Notes: generated from the letters alone by a model not told the origin. 63,748 nt of DNA, filler included, from Octopus bimaculoides (GCF_001194135.2; 3 parts of 3 records of this genome joined end to end with filler, not necessarily neighbours in it); one strand, 5' to 3'. Shown: positions 50,595 through 63,748, numbered from the whole stretch's first letter. Program-made: numbers and translations.

Positions 50595-50800
50595 ATGGGT
50601 ACAGGACGTCACAAAACGTAAATAACATGGATTACGAAATACGAAAACAACATGAAACACAAAGCCAAACCTGGATAAGCGAGCTACAAGAGAAACAAAT
50701 GGAAAACAAGACAAGTAACATAAAGAACGACCCTTCATCAGTTATCGGCTGTTCATCTATTTCACATTTCGAGCAATTAACCACAATATGAAGCCTCGAA
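50595..50800 (-). mobile_element. Fragment related to the 38467-39314 element (possibly Penelope-like)
   Basis: GGGTACAGGAC...AAAACGTA...CTTCATCAG is shared with the 91-bp repeat. Minus strand has GCTCGAAA about 30 nt before CTGATGAAG. Confidence 0.4.
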
Positions 50801-53092
50801 AACAGTTGCTTCTGTGAACCAAAAAGAAAATTTGGGATTTGCTAAGGGTCAAATTTGGTAACATAAAGAGGACAGTGGAGACATACCGCAAACCAAATAA
50901 AAACAAACAGGGAAGGCCGTTAGTCCAGACGAGGCAAAGTAGCGAACGCTGGAGGAATATTCTTTGGCCAGAGAAAAGATAGAAGATGTCACAGATAAGA
51001 ATACGTCTGGTCTGTGTGATATACTGAAGGAAAAGAAATATGATCACGTGAGGAAAAGAAAGGTGGACGATGGTCACGTGTGAACAACGAAAGAGAGAGT
51101 AAAGGAGGAAGAGGAAAGGATAGTTCTCCCCTTCACAGTTTTCTATCTGTCTTCACCGTTTTCCATGTATGTATGTATTCTGATGCCTGAACTTAAATAC
51201 CTAATTCATCTGAATCTAAATATATATATATATANNNNNNNNNNNNNNNNNNNNNNNNNNNNNNNNNNNNNNNNNNNNNNNNNNNNNNNNNNNNNNNNNN
51301 NNNNNNNNNNNNNNNNNNNNNNNNNNNNNNNNNNNNNNNNNNNNNNNNNNNNNNNNNNNNNNNNNNNNNNNNNNNNNNNNNNNNNNNNNNNNNNNNNNNN
51401 NNNNNNNNNNNNNNNNNNNNNNNNNNNNNNNNNNNNNNNNNNNNNNNNNNNNNNNNNNNNNNNNNNNNNNNNNNNNNNNNNNNNNNNNNNNNNNNNNNNN
51501 NNNNNNNNNNNNNNNNNNNNNNNNNNNNNNNNNNNNNNNNNNNNNNNNNNNNNNNNNNNNNNNNNNNNNNNNNNNNNNNNNNNNNNNNNNNNNNNNNNNN
51601 NNNNNNNNNNNNNNNNNNNNNNNATATATATATGTATATATGAAATCTCACATCACTACGCTCTAGTCAAAATATAACTATTAAAAACAACTTAAATAGG
51701 ACACTCTTCATACATATACTCCAAGTATGGAAATAAATACTTGTAACTTCACGGAACATAAAATTTAATAATAGCTAAGGAAATTTCACATATACGCAAC
51801 ATAACTCCTTATACATTTTTAGTATGTAAGAAGAAAAAATACAAACTAGCCAAACAAAGAAATACATTATACAATGCATTAAAACAGGAGTGTACGATAC
51901 CCCAAAAGCATCATGGAAAAAGAATGCACAATGCAGTACACGTCCTAGAAGCACACGTAGCGGCGAAGTATATGCTCACACGAAGCTATCGATACAGCGT
52001 TTAGCGAAGTACTATAATTGTTATTCTTGTATTGCTGAAGTTGTATATTTGTTGGTTTTGTCGTTGTTGTTGAACTTGTCGCTCTTTCTGTTGTTTTTTT
52101 GGTATTTTTTTTTTGTGGCGGCAGATAGCTTTGAGGTGATTTGTGTTACCTTACCTGAGATTGCTAATCCTCTTGTAAGCCTTTACTGCTTACAGTTGCT
52201 TCCATTAATGAATTTATACAAACAGTAATTTCGACGGTCAAAGTAGAATAATAGGGGTTTACTGCAGTAGCAAACGCAGGACAACATATTTATAAACCTC
52301 ACGCCTCACAGCTACAGGGATGGATGTAGATGTCATGTCTTGTCTACTCCCTCCTGAAATTAGCAATCAATACTCTGACAGAGTACCGAAACTAGCGGCT
52401 AGCCGCTACTCCATCGCATTTTGAAGGAGAGGTAAAGGAACCAGTAACAAACTTGTATGTAATGTAAAGAAGGAAAAGAGAATAAAACGGGAAGTTGTCT
52501 GCGGCAGAAAACATGAAAGTGATAAAGACGACAAAGGTGGCAGTTAGTAAAAACTAGAATAGTATCCATTCCGAAAGATAACCGGTGGCGTCCCCTGGCC
52601 CTTTGCAAAACAGGATAGACGTAATACAGGCAATATTGACAATATATCCAATTGAATAGTAATAGGGATCGAACAGAAAACACTCGACAGTAAGTTTTTA
52701 TCAAATAACAGAAAGCTTGAGTGGAAGCTAAACCAGAATGTTCTGAGGATATAGATGTTTTCCTGACTCAGGGTGCTTATCTGGTTACGTAGTATTTATG
52801 GGTAAATTTTAATTTGATCTAACATGGTTTCTTATACGTGCATACAGGGGGACGACACTTATGTTTTCTTAAATTGTATATACATTTATTAGTCGTTTAT
52901 GTATATTCAAATAGTTTACGTAATTAAGTTCTCTATAAAATTTAACTCCTACACCTTTTTAATTATTTAACGATTTCATCCCTTCATCTTTTATACAAAA
53001 TGCTTGCTCCACTCATGGACCGTTTTAAACCGCCTGCTTAAATTCGTAGTATATCTATATTTCGAGTCCCTGTGGTTAATAAAGGATGAGGA

Positions 53093-53132
<40 letters not shown>

Positions 53133-53187
53133 GGTGCTGCTAGTGCTGCTGCTGGTGCTACTACTACTACTACTACTACTACTACTG

Positions 53188-53236
<49 letters not shown>

Positions 53237-53248
53237 TACTACTACTAT
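53093..53248. repeat. (CTA)n microsatellite with (CTG) interruptions
   Basis: Directly visible; it accounts for the poly-Thr ORF. Confidence 0.95.
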
Positions 53249-53547
53249 CGTTACAATGTTAGCAGATCCATTTCAGTGGCGAAAAAACATCCTTTTATTC
53301 CTTTCTGAAATGTAACCATTAATTTTACCTTCAGAATCTACTCCCACGAAACAATATAGTAAAGTATTAGTGGCGAGTGTGCTACCGATTACTTCCAATT
53401 TTCACATAACCACTGGCATTGTGCGTCTATCAAACAATTATCATTAATATCATTACATAGAACAGAAGACTAGCCGTTCCACTGTTGTTCTAATAGTATA
53501 GATACATATATACATTCATAAATACATACATACATAAATATATATAT

Positions 53548-53693
53548 GAGGCGCAGGAGTGGCTGTGTGGTAAGTAGCTTGCTTACCAACCACATGGTTC
53601 CGGGTTCAATCGCACTGCGTGGCACCTTGGGCAAGTGTCTTCTACTGTAGCCTCAGGACAACCAAAGCCATATATGTATGTGTGTGTGTATGT

Positions 53694-53744
<51 letters not shown>

Positions 53745-53948
53745 TGTGTTTGTCCCCCCACCATCGCTTGACAACTGATGCTGGTGTGTTTACGTCCCCG
53801 TAAATTAGCGGTTCGGCAAAAAGAGATCGATAGAATCAGTACTAGGCTTACAAAGAATAAATAAGTCCTGTGGTCGATTTGCTCGACTAAAGGCGGTGCT
53901 CCAGCATGGCCGCAGTCAAATGATTGAAACAAGTAAAAGAGTAAAAGA

Positions 53949-53950
<2 letters not shown>
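53548..53950 (+). mobile_element. SINE family C, gap-free copy with internal (TA)/(TG)n
   Basis: Head 53548-53669, microsatellite 53670-53742, 3' half 53743-53950 ending in AAGTAAAAGAGTAAAAGAG and then (TA)n. Confidence 0.9.
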
Positions 53951-54015
<65 letters not shown>

Positions 54016-54124
54016 TACAGGGTAAAAGTTATTAAATCAATAATTCATACCAGTGGTTAGCATGCGTAATAAAATTGAAAACACAAATATATTTATAAAA
54101 TAGTGTATAAGAATTTATACACGG

Positions 54125-54231
54125 AGAGAAGACCACTATGTGGACTTCTGTTATGCTAGAGATGGCTTTTTCTTGGTTTGGGTTTGACTGCCCTCTCTAG
54201 CATGTAAGAAGTTCACATGGTGGTCTTCTCT
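54125..54231. repeat. Inverted repeat with ~37-bp arms and a ~30-nt loop
   Basis: GAGAAGACCACTATGTGGACTTCTGTTATGCTAGAGA versus the reverse complement GAGAAGACCACCATGTGAACTTCTTACATGCTAGAGA: 5 mismatches. Confidence 0.85.
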
Positions 54232-57164
54232 TCATGTATAAATTTATATATATATACATATACATACATACATATATACATATGAAATTTTTTGTTTCAC
54301 TTGCTGTGACCCTAGAAATTGTTTCTGTTACCCTAGTATTTATTCTATATTTTGCCCAAACGCTATGTTACGGGTACCTCAGCTGTCAAGCGTTGGTGGT
54401 GGACAAACAAAGATAGAAAGACATACACACTTACATATATACATATATGCCTAAATTGTACCTTTGTGAAAAATACGCACGTGAGACTTTCGTGGCTGAG
54501 AATGACACCGTGGCCTCAAGCAAGATGTTTATGGGTGTTTGGAAGGGTATTGGTGCCGCATAAGCAGTTTCATATCTCTCCATTGCTTTCCATTTGTTGG
54601 TGTTGCGGATAATAATACTGGTCTCGGATGGGTTTCAGTGTTGACGTATGAAGTATGAATCTTTTGTGTTGGTATACTATTTCTGGAGTCTTGTGGCTCT
54701 TTCTTTATGTTTAAGTTCCGCCAGACACTTCAGAACACCCTGCAGGTTACAACAATGTGTCGGATTAACATTCTTATCATTTGGTGGAAATGCCTATTTA
54801 CCATGTGTACTAAGATACAACCAGTACAACACAATCACGCAAAGACGCACTCATACACACACACAAAGGTATACACACACACACACATTCGTGGTCACAC
54901 ATATACGCATGAAGAGGATTATCCTTCCACCTACTTATTTTTGTAAAGCTAAGAAGCAATGGATCTATAACATTTTCTTCTTTAGTTTCATTTGTACTTT
55001 AATAATATATATAGATAAATTTTGTTAGCTTAAATATATAATAAATATTCCCTTGAACAGAATTAAATAAACACCTATTGTTTAATATAGCTAAAGATTT
55101 AACTACGTACTTATTTCGTAATTTCGATATAATATACATGAAAGAATGTTTAAGGAGACGTTTACGTATATGTTGGTGCCTATTTCAGGAATAATGATTC
55201 TAGAATTACTAATTATCTCTCTAAATATGCATGCAGTATACGTATCAAGAACGCTTACTTTATATACGCACTACATTATTTTATATATGAAAACACATTT
55301 ATACAAGCTTTCGACTTCTTTCCATAAAATATTAATTAATCTGCATATTATTTTACGATAAAAGATATGTAGAGGAACATGTTTTGAATTTTACAGCAAG
55401 AAGTCTTGGAAGATTCAGTTGTGCTTCCTATTTATTTTGTAAATTTATGCGAGACAGACCTCTCCTAACAGATTGCTTGGGGTTTATATCTATAGCTAAG
55501 TAAACAAGTACAGTACAAAATAAACAAAGGCAGAAATGTGGCAAGGCGCACCAACCAATTACACTCATTGATGGTATATATACTCAATCGTCAAACATAA
55601 AACTCTCAACATTTTATTAACAGTGGTGTAAATACTAACTGAAAGAAGATTGTATGACCTTATACTCTTACTTGTACCGTCATAAAACGTTACATATGTC
55701 TACGTATACGATTCCTTTTCCCTAACATCAACTTCACCACCCAACGAAAGATTATGTTAAATCATCAGAAAGAAGAATGGAAAATAACAAGAACGACGTG
55801 AGATAGAAGTTAGGGTAGTATATAAGAATATTTTCTTATTACACATATATTACTCTGGTATATGTTCTCAGCAATTCTCTTCAAATCGCTAACAAAGAAC
55901 AAGGAAAAAGATAGTGAAGATGTACCATGAGCTATATAGCATAAAAACGATTCCATCTCATATACTTGAAATTATTTAAAAATAATGAAGAAGAAACGTC
56001 TTCACGAAATAAGAACAATTTCCATATTCATTTATACCATCTGCTTCACTACATCAGTAAATAAATGAAAAGCTGAAAAAGGAAAGAAAATTGAGAGAAA
56101 ATATTTCCATTCTTAAGAAAGCTTTGGTGCATTTGTAATGTCGGATATTATTTAATTTGAAAGTGAACAACTTCTTCTGTAAAGCTGGAGTGCGGAATAG
56201 AATGAATGATTCAAGCATCATGACAATAAATAACGTGATCTGTAAACATATTTTGTGGCAGTCTTACATGATTCATAAGTTGACCTAAAATGCACCTGCA
56301 CAATTGCTATGATGTTCAATCCTTGCGAATAAACTGATGTGTTTAGGCAGATAAATGTTAAAGGAAAATACATAACAGAAGTACCACATTCTTGAAAAAG
56401 AAGTATCAAAGGAGATGGAAATGGAACTGAGATATTAACATATCTAATATTGGTTTCTGCTGTAGTCACACCATTCATAAATTCTGTGGTATAATGCAAT
56501 CGATTTAATCAGCCCCCACTATTTGACTGATACATATTTTATTCCACCCTGAAAAAGTTTCATTACGGAATGTACAGCGTGCAGAAAATGTAATATTAAT
56601 TTCGAAGAACAGTCGTGGTTATATGGTAAGAACGCCGCTTCAAACCACATGGTTTCGGATGCGGATTCGGTCCCACAACGTGATAAGTGAATTATATTAT
56701 AGTCTTGAGCTGAGCAAAACTTCGTGATTAAACAGGAAGTGAAAGAATCTGCCTTACTACCTACCAATAGTAGATAGTAAGGTAGATAAACTCAAGTAAC
56801 TTAAAACATGTATGTCTATGGAATACAAAATATAGATTATACAGAATTAAGTAAAAGAAGAGCAAAATTAAGCAGTTACGTAAAGTCTTACTTATTCCAG
56901 CAGGTGATTCAAGACTGCCATACCTTGCGTATTCAATGTCTGTATGATGATGTAGGTGTTTGTCTTCGGAAAGATTAAGAGGAAATTATATATAAGTTAG
57001 GAGTTCCTCGTAAACAGCAATTTGGTAAATGCGTATTTCATAACAATGTTAACATCAGTAAAAAGCTCAAAGAAAACAGAGTGTCTAGTGAGAGGGGTTA
57101 AGAGGAAGCGAAAAGAATGGTAAAATAGAACGGATGGTTAAAGACAGTATATAAAGATATATAT

Positions 57165-57196
<32 letters not shown>

Positions 57197-57309
57197 AACA
57201 CATATATGTATTTCATATATATGTAAATATATATTTGTATTTTATATATGTATAAATATATGTATGTATATATATTTCATATCTAAAGATATATTTATTT
57301 ATTTTATTT

Positions 57310-58037
57310 ATATTCATTTTATTTTATCTAGTTTCTGCTCACGACCTGTGGTCATGCTGGGGCACCGCCATTTGGTTTTGCTACATGATTTTACTTCACG
57401 AATTTTACTTCAGGAATTGACATTTGGTGCATGAGACAGTTTGATGCAGCTGTCCTCATCTGCACCTCCTGCCGCGAAGCTGGTTCATCTAGGACATTTG
57501 ACAAGAGGAGGTCCAGCTTTAGTTTGAAGACAACTGCATCCACCCCATGCAGGTCTCTCAGGTCCTTCGGGTGGATATTGAAGAGCAGTGGACCTCTGAA
57601 GCCCAGGATATTAAAGTATCTTGTCCTATATCTTGATGGCAAATTTGGAGTCCTTGGCACTATGCAGTGGCGCGCAGTTCTAGTATTTGTGTAACTCCCA
57701 ATGCCAAAATTTGGGACAAGTCCTTCCAGGATCTTCCAGGAGTATATTATGGCATGGTTTGCTTGCCTACGCTCTAAGGAATAGACTTTTAATCTCTTGA
57801 GTCTTTCCCAATAGCGTATATGCTGCATAGAGGCTATCTTCTTCGTGTAGCTTCGTTGGATTAGCTCAAGTTCTGAGATTAATTTGACACTGGTTGGTGA
57901 CAATAGCTGAGAGCAATAGTCAAAGTGGCTTCGGACAAGTGTTCTCCAGAGGACCATCATGGTTTCCTGATCTCTTGTTCTAAAAGTTGTAAGAATCCAT
58001 CCAGTCAGCCGCCTACATTTCATTGCCAATCTATTTA
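57310..58037 (-). mobile_element. 3' fragment of a CR1/L2-group LINE (post-RT C-terminus and 3' UTR)
   Basis: ORF 57391-58029 contains LVRSHFDYCSQL, LELIQRSYTK.I, YWERLKRLKVYSLERR and FKLKLD, typical of CR1/L2-type ORF2 ends. It is followed by a short UTR and an A-rich tail. Confidence 0.88.
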
Positions 58038-59110
58038 ATNNNNNNNNNNNNNNNNNNNNNNNNNNNNNNNNNNNNNNNNNNNNNNNNNNNNNNNNNNNNN
58101 NNNNNNNNNNNNNNNNNNNNNNNNNNNNNNNNNNNNNNNNNNNNNNNNNNNNNNNNNNNNNNNNNNNNNNNNNNNNNNNNNNNNNNNNNNNNNNNNNNNN
58201 NNNNNNNNNNNNNNNNNNNNNNNNNNNNNNNNNNNNNNTATATATATATATATATGAAGGCGTTCCTTCCTTTACGTGTGTTCGAATTAAAAATAAAACA
58301 ACTAGAATTCATATGACTATGTTTAGCCCCCTTGTGGGCAATAAAGAAATATATATTAACAACTACTTTTTTCTGTTTTTACTTATTTATCAACCTTATA
58401 TTTAATACATAAAAACGAATATTAGTTCTTATGCAAACACACATACATTTTCCGCGTCGTATTCTCTCTTTAAACCTTTTCTACCTCTATAACACTTGTT
58501 TATTTTAAGAATCCAGTAGCCCTTTATACACGATCTCCATTATCTCTTCATTCTCATGTATAATTTTTTGTAACACATACACCACACTTAACAATGTTTC
58601 TAACTGTCAGGTCATATTTTAATTCAAAACGTCTTGCCTTTCCATTGGACATTTCTATGCAATGTTTACCCAACGCGACTTATTTGGAGTTAGAATTCTA
58701 ATCCACTTACTCATCTATAGCGGGAACGTCTCTAAAGCCTCTTTCACGTATTTTTAAATAACTGTTACAACCTTTAATATTAGTTAATACCTAACTGGAC
58801 TCATCCTTCTTTCTCTCAGAAGGATAAATATAAATTCTCTAGGTCCTCCTCTGCTATTTCCTTTCTCAAGTCATTTGTAAAAATTTTGTTTATATTTCTG
58901 GCACTGAAGAGTGCAGTGATATATAATTAATTTAATTCAATTTAATTAATCTTATTATTTCTATTCAAAAAAAATTTTGCACGATTAATATATAACTCTA
59001 CGACACGATCGTCTGCATGAATTGAAATTTTCTTATATATTTTAACATTTCCATTTTTAACAAAATTGTTGAGTTTTATGCGATTGTTTTCCATAAATTC
59101 ACAACACATC

Positions 59111-59152
<42 letters not shown>

Positions 59153-59205
59153 ATGTAAATTTATATATATGTATATATGTAAATACAAACACACACAGAC
59201 ACACA

Positions 59206-59287
<82 letters not shown>

Positions 59288-59464
59288 NNNNNNNNNNAAG
59301 AAGGTATTTTGAAGTTAAAGGAAACGCATTGTGCAACAAAATGGTTCATATTTGGTCGATTAAAATGTAATGGCAAGTATTTATTGACCTTTTTCTTTCC
59401 TTTAAAATCGGCAAGAACTTTCCGGACAAACCAATATATATATATATGTATATATTGTATATAT

Positions 59465-62400
59465 TGTTATAATGTGGATCCTCGTCGATTTGTACGTTAC
59501 TGACAGCACTATAATTTTCTTGTCACTATTATTTTGTGGCAATTTTCCTCGTCATATTATCTTTGATTCATCTATCTTGCTATCCATGATACCATGATAG
59601 TTCCGGAAGACAATGGCTTTGAAACGTGTACATTGACGGTATCTCCAACACATTTATAACTTTTAACTGACACTGACTCCAACTGAAAACTCTACAATGA
59701 CTCTACTTTTACTGACTGTCTGACTCTATAGTGGCCACCCATATTGCTTTGTCACTTGGGAAGCTGTGTACCATTTTCGATACAGCATCTTCCCTTTTAA
59801 TTTTTTCTTTGGGCAGCAAGTAATTTTATTTTACTTTATTTACACCTCAACACTTTTTAGGTTTTTTTCCAAACTTAATTTTTTTTCTTTTTGGCGTCGG
59901 TTAGTAGGATCTGTGTTCTTCCATTTTCTCCCACTTGTACGCATGGGTTCAACCACCTGTAACGGTGTTGGTGCGTGGAATGTGTCAGACAGCCATTCCA
60001 TAGGTTCTTCTAATCTACGAGGTTCATTTTCTATAAATCTCTTCTTCAGTTTGTTTCTGTGTCTTTTTTCAATATTTTTTTAATTTTAATTCCGTACAGC
60101 ATTCTTCCTATGTACTTTCTAATTCTTCCTTCTTCCTAGTATCATTTTCCGTTTTTATACTACCCCATGCACGTGAGTACGGGGTAAGTGCCATACTCGT
60201 ACACAACTGTGACGATGGTAGGAAAAAGGCCATATTTCACGCGTCAATGACGCTATTGCTAGCGGAAAAAAAGTATAGCCAAATTGAAAAACGAGGCCAA
60301 TTTTGAAAAAAATTGATTTGTCTTCCCTGGTACTTTTACTTCCCGCACCAGGTAACAGTTTATCAAAAGATGATTTCACCATCCTTGCGAATATCAGTTC
60401 TGCTAGTGAGCTTCCTGCTGGTGTATTACGGCTCGGTGTCACCTTGGATACCCTTAGGAATTGCTGCAGAGCGACTTCATTTGTGGCTTCCTTGTTTGCT
60501 TTTCTCAAAACTTTTAAAAATGTTCACAAAAGTCTCTGACTATCTATGTGATCTGGGACGGTAAGGTGCTATTGTTTTATGTTCTACCGTGAACATTTCG
60601 CAGAATTTTGTCACTTCATTGGACTCATATTGTGTTTCATTATCAGATACAATCACATCTGGGATACGAAATCTTGCAAATAATTCGAGCCAAAAATTTT
60701 TAACCGTTTCGGAAGTTGGTCTTTTGCACTTAACAATTTCCCACCATTTTGTGAAACTGTCAACATTTACTAAATAGTAAATAGCTTTTAACGAACCCGC
60801 AAAATCAATGTGTAGTCTTGTGCATGAAGCGTTACTTCTGGCCAATGATCCGATTTTTGAGTAGTCAATTTCGCTTCCAGAGCACCTGTCCTGCAGCCTT
60901 TTACAACGGTTTAAACTTCCTTGTCGATCTTCGGCCAGTACATATATAAGCGCTTTCATCCTTGCAATCCACGGATGTACAATATGGAATTCATTCAACA
61001 TTGTTTTTTGTAATGTCTCAGGTATCACTACCCTTTGGCCATACATCAGTGCGCCGCCACATGTAGAATATATGTTTACATGTTGCTGTTTTTTCTTACC
61101 GAACCTATTTTTATTTTCTCTAGCTGACCACAAATTTTATTCTGTTTTATTAATGAACTCATCTTTTGAGGCATGTCGCTTTATCTCCTCCAGTGTTAAT
61201 TTTCCGTTCGGCTATTACGGCTGCTATTTCTGTGTCCTCGAATGGTTCGCTATTTCTGGGTATTAACCTGGATAGGTCGTCATCATATCCTAACATTTTA
61301 GAAGGTAAATATTCCATTGCATAGTCATAGGTAAGGAATATGCTGTCACATCGCTGCAACCTATTTGCTCTATGTACTGGAATTCCTTTTTGGGGTCCAT
61401 ATATCATTAGCAACAGGTGATGGTCTGTTTGTAATCTAAACCGTCTACCGTATATAAACCTGTGGAATTTTTTATGCCAAATATATTCGTCAATGCCTCT
61501 TTTTCAATTTGGCTGTACTTTTCCCGCTAGCAATAGCGTCTTTAACGCGTGAAATATGGCCTTTTTGCTACCATCTTCACAGTTGTGTAAGAGTAAGGCA
61601 CCTACCCCGTACTCACGTGCATCTGTTGCCAGTATCATTTCCAACTTCGGATCGAAATGTAAAAACAACAAATTTTAATTTAACATGCTTTTTATTTCCT
61701 CAAATAGGTCCTGATATTTTTGTAACCAAAATCATTTGACATCCTTCTGTTACAGCTCGTGTCCGTGAAATTTATGTCAGAAACATTTTTAGGCAATATA
61801 AAGTTACAGTATTTCTCATGCTCTCTTGTCGCCAGTTTCCTCAGAATTAGACACGTTTTCATTTCGTCTTTCCAGTCTTTCCTTTTCGAAAATTTGCTCA
61901 AATCTTCGGTAATATGCCTCGAATGTGACTCCTTCTTCCGTGTCACATTTCAATTCATTTATTGAATTTGTTACATAATGTGGCGAAAATGTATTTTCCG
62001 TTTTTTTTTTTACCAACTTTATTAGTTGTAGCATTTGTCGTTATAACATTTGTTGTTGTTCTTATTGTTCTTAGAGTTGTGGTTGTTGCTGTTTTTGCAA
62101 CTCAGATCCTCTAACAAGTTTTCTTTAATTTTACATTTGCTACTCCTCTGTCGAGTTTTTAATTTTTCCACGTAGTTTATGTGAATTGTTTATTTTCTCG
62201 TGCAAAGCAGTTTTTCTACTTTCAACGTTGTCTGCGAGAATTGTTTATATCCTCGTCGCCATTGTTATATAGTGAATCCCCTTCCACTTGTATGTTATTG
62301 TCGATACTGTAATATTCTTGTCACCAGTATTATGTTGTGGCGATATTCCACCTCTCATTATCTTTGACACCTCTATAATTCTATCGCTGATATCTCCGCA

Positions 62401-62562
62401 AGACAATGACATGTCAACCTTGACGGTAACTCGAACTCGTATGTAACACGCAACTGACACTGATTCCAACTGAAAAGTGGTACAACGATTCTACTACTAC
62501 TAACTGTCTGACTTTATAGTGGCTTTGTCACGTTGGACGAGTGTGCTATTTTCACTACTACA
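59465..62562 (-). mobile_element. Gypsy-type LTR retrotransposon, internally deleted (gag fragment, RNase H, integrase; no protease or RT seen)
   Basis: TG..CA LTRs at 59465-59784 and 62263-62562. PBS TGGCGACGAGG (62261-62251) lies 1 nt inside the 5' LTR; PPT AAAAGGGAAGA lies next to the 3' LTR. Peptides: FEAYYRRFEQIF (gag), DAREYGVGALLLH (RNase H), RLHIDFAG..LVNVDSFTKW..PDVIVSDNETQY (rve). Confidence 0.92.
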
Positions 62563-63347
62563 CACATACACACACATAAACACACACGCATATATACATG
62601 TATATACATGTGTATCAAATACAGATGTATCTGTTTCTACGTAAATTGTATTATCTGCCTACCTTAGTCTATGTCATGTTATTTGAAAGAATATATATCG
62701 AACAGATTTTGTTTTATTTTGCCCCTGTATTAAAGCAGTAACGTGAAATATGCAAAGCTAAATTCCTTGTTATGCTTGATATTATTTAAACTAAAAGTAA
62801 ATTCCTGTAGGAAAATATATCTGTCGATTTTATATAAGTTAGACACTTGAATGATGGATATTGATTTGATGGTCTGAGAGATAAAAATAGAGAGGCACTA
62901 GGGTATATATTTCACATCGCTTTGATTGCAGTAAAAAATTTACATTGTATAGAGATTTTTGACCATGACAATGCACTTATAATATTGTAAATATATCATC
63001 ATTGTTTTTGATGATTCATGGTTTACGTAGCAACATTTATAGCAAAAATCGATTATTACTGTACAAAACACATTCACGAATACAATAATGTATTTTTCGT
63101 TCAGAGAGAAGTGAAATATCCCATGGTCTTCGTTTTTCTGTCGTTTAGCTACATATCAACCCACCTGGACAAAGCATCAGATGAAATGATTTCCTGTCAT
63201 AGACAGTAAAAGTTAATGTTCTGCTACATAACATGATGTGTTTTTTTCTGCACGTAAAATGTTTGGGTATGATTTGTGGGAAATGTATTCATTGTTTGTC
63301 TACAAAACCCTCTTTTTCTCCGAATGCTGTTATTCAAAATAGTGGTA

Positions 63348-63748
63348 TTATTATTATTATTGTTCAGTAGTTTTATTTTTATAACGTGCTTTCACTTCAC
63401 TACCGAGCGCAGCTCTGTGCGCTTGGGTATGTGCTGTGGTTTGCCGTGGTGCTCGTATGGTTACTGTATTCAAAGTGTTTTGCGTAGGATGTGTGCAGTG
63501 CCCAGTAGTGCAATTTTCCGTATGTTATATATATTTGTAAGTCCTGGTGTTTTTGTTATGTATTTGTCTGAATATTTTTTTATTATACCTAAGGCACCTC
63601 CTATAATAGGAATTGTTTCTGTTTTTAGATTCCACATTCGAGTTACCTCTATTTCCAGGTCTTTGTATTTTGAAAGTTCTTCCATTTCTTTTAGAGAGAC
63701 GTTGTCATCTGCTGGTATTCATACATCAATTAGAAAGCCTTTTTTTCT
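63348..63748 (-). mobile_element. 3' end of an R4/Dong-like RLE LINE, running off the window
   Basis: LSKYKDLEIEVTRMWNLKTETIPIIGGALGII...KIALLGTAHILRKTL, then a ~110-nt UTR ending in (AAT)n. Confidence 0.9.

Noticed and set aside
52150-52230. Strong minus-strand donor CTCAG|GTAAGG in a unique, relatively CpG-rich region
   Set aside because: The upstream sequence is closed in all frames; no downstream coding exons could be identified.
53004-53315. Poly-Thr mucin-like ORF
   Set aside because: Pure (CTA)n microsatellite without splice context or homologous flanks.
56218-56499. 93-aa minus-strand ORF in unique AT-rich sequence
   Set aside because: No recognisable motif; the length is compatible with chance. 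It needs BLASTX or RNA-seq.
792-58316. Long ORFs spanning N runs or composed of YI/CV/TH/ER repeats
   Set aside because: Artefacts of gaps and microsatellites.
59605-59635. CCGGAAGA...GAAACGTG hammerhead-like string in the 3' LTR
   Set aside because: Not conserved in the other LTR, and there is no stem II.

Overview
Eukaryotic, gap-rich draft-assembly sequence. The AT-rich composition, dense (TA)n/(CA)n/(TATC)n microsatellites and tRNA-derived SINEs suggest an octopus or other coleoid cephalopod genome; this is inference. One protein-coding gene is well supported: a + strand UNC-93-like (MFS fold, 12 TM) gene with coding exons at 7507-8989, 13826-13961, 16925-17056 and 19207-19403. They splice GT-AG in frame to about 648 aa; the start-codon exon was not found. 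Its TM5-TM6 loop is a ~250-aa Ser/Thr/Pro/Ala-rich, mucin-like insert encoded partly by trinucleotide repeats. The rest is mobile-element debris: several SINE families, Tc1/mariner and MULE relics, R4/Dong-like, RTE and CR1/L2-like LINE fragments, Penelope-like ends with degenerate hammerhead-like motifs, palindromic MITE-like elements, and an internally deleted Gypsy element. I found no convincing new multi-gene system. The best leads are the mucin-like loop, a SINE-LINE shared 3' tail, a SINE carrying an internal microsatellite, and a minimal hammerhead-like motif. All alignments and counts were done by eye; family names come from recalled motifs and need database confirmation.
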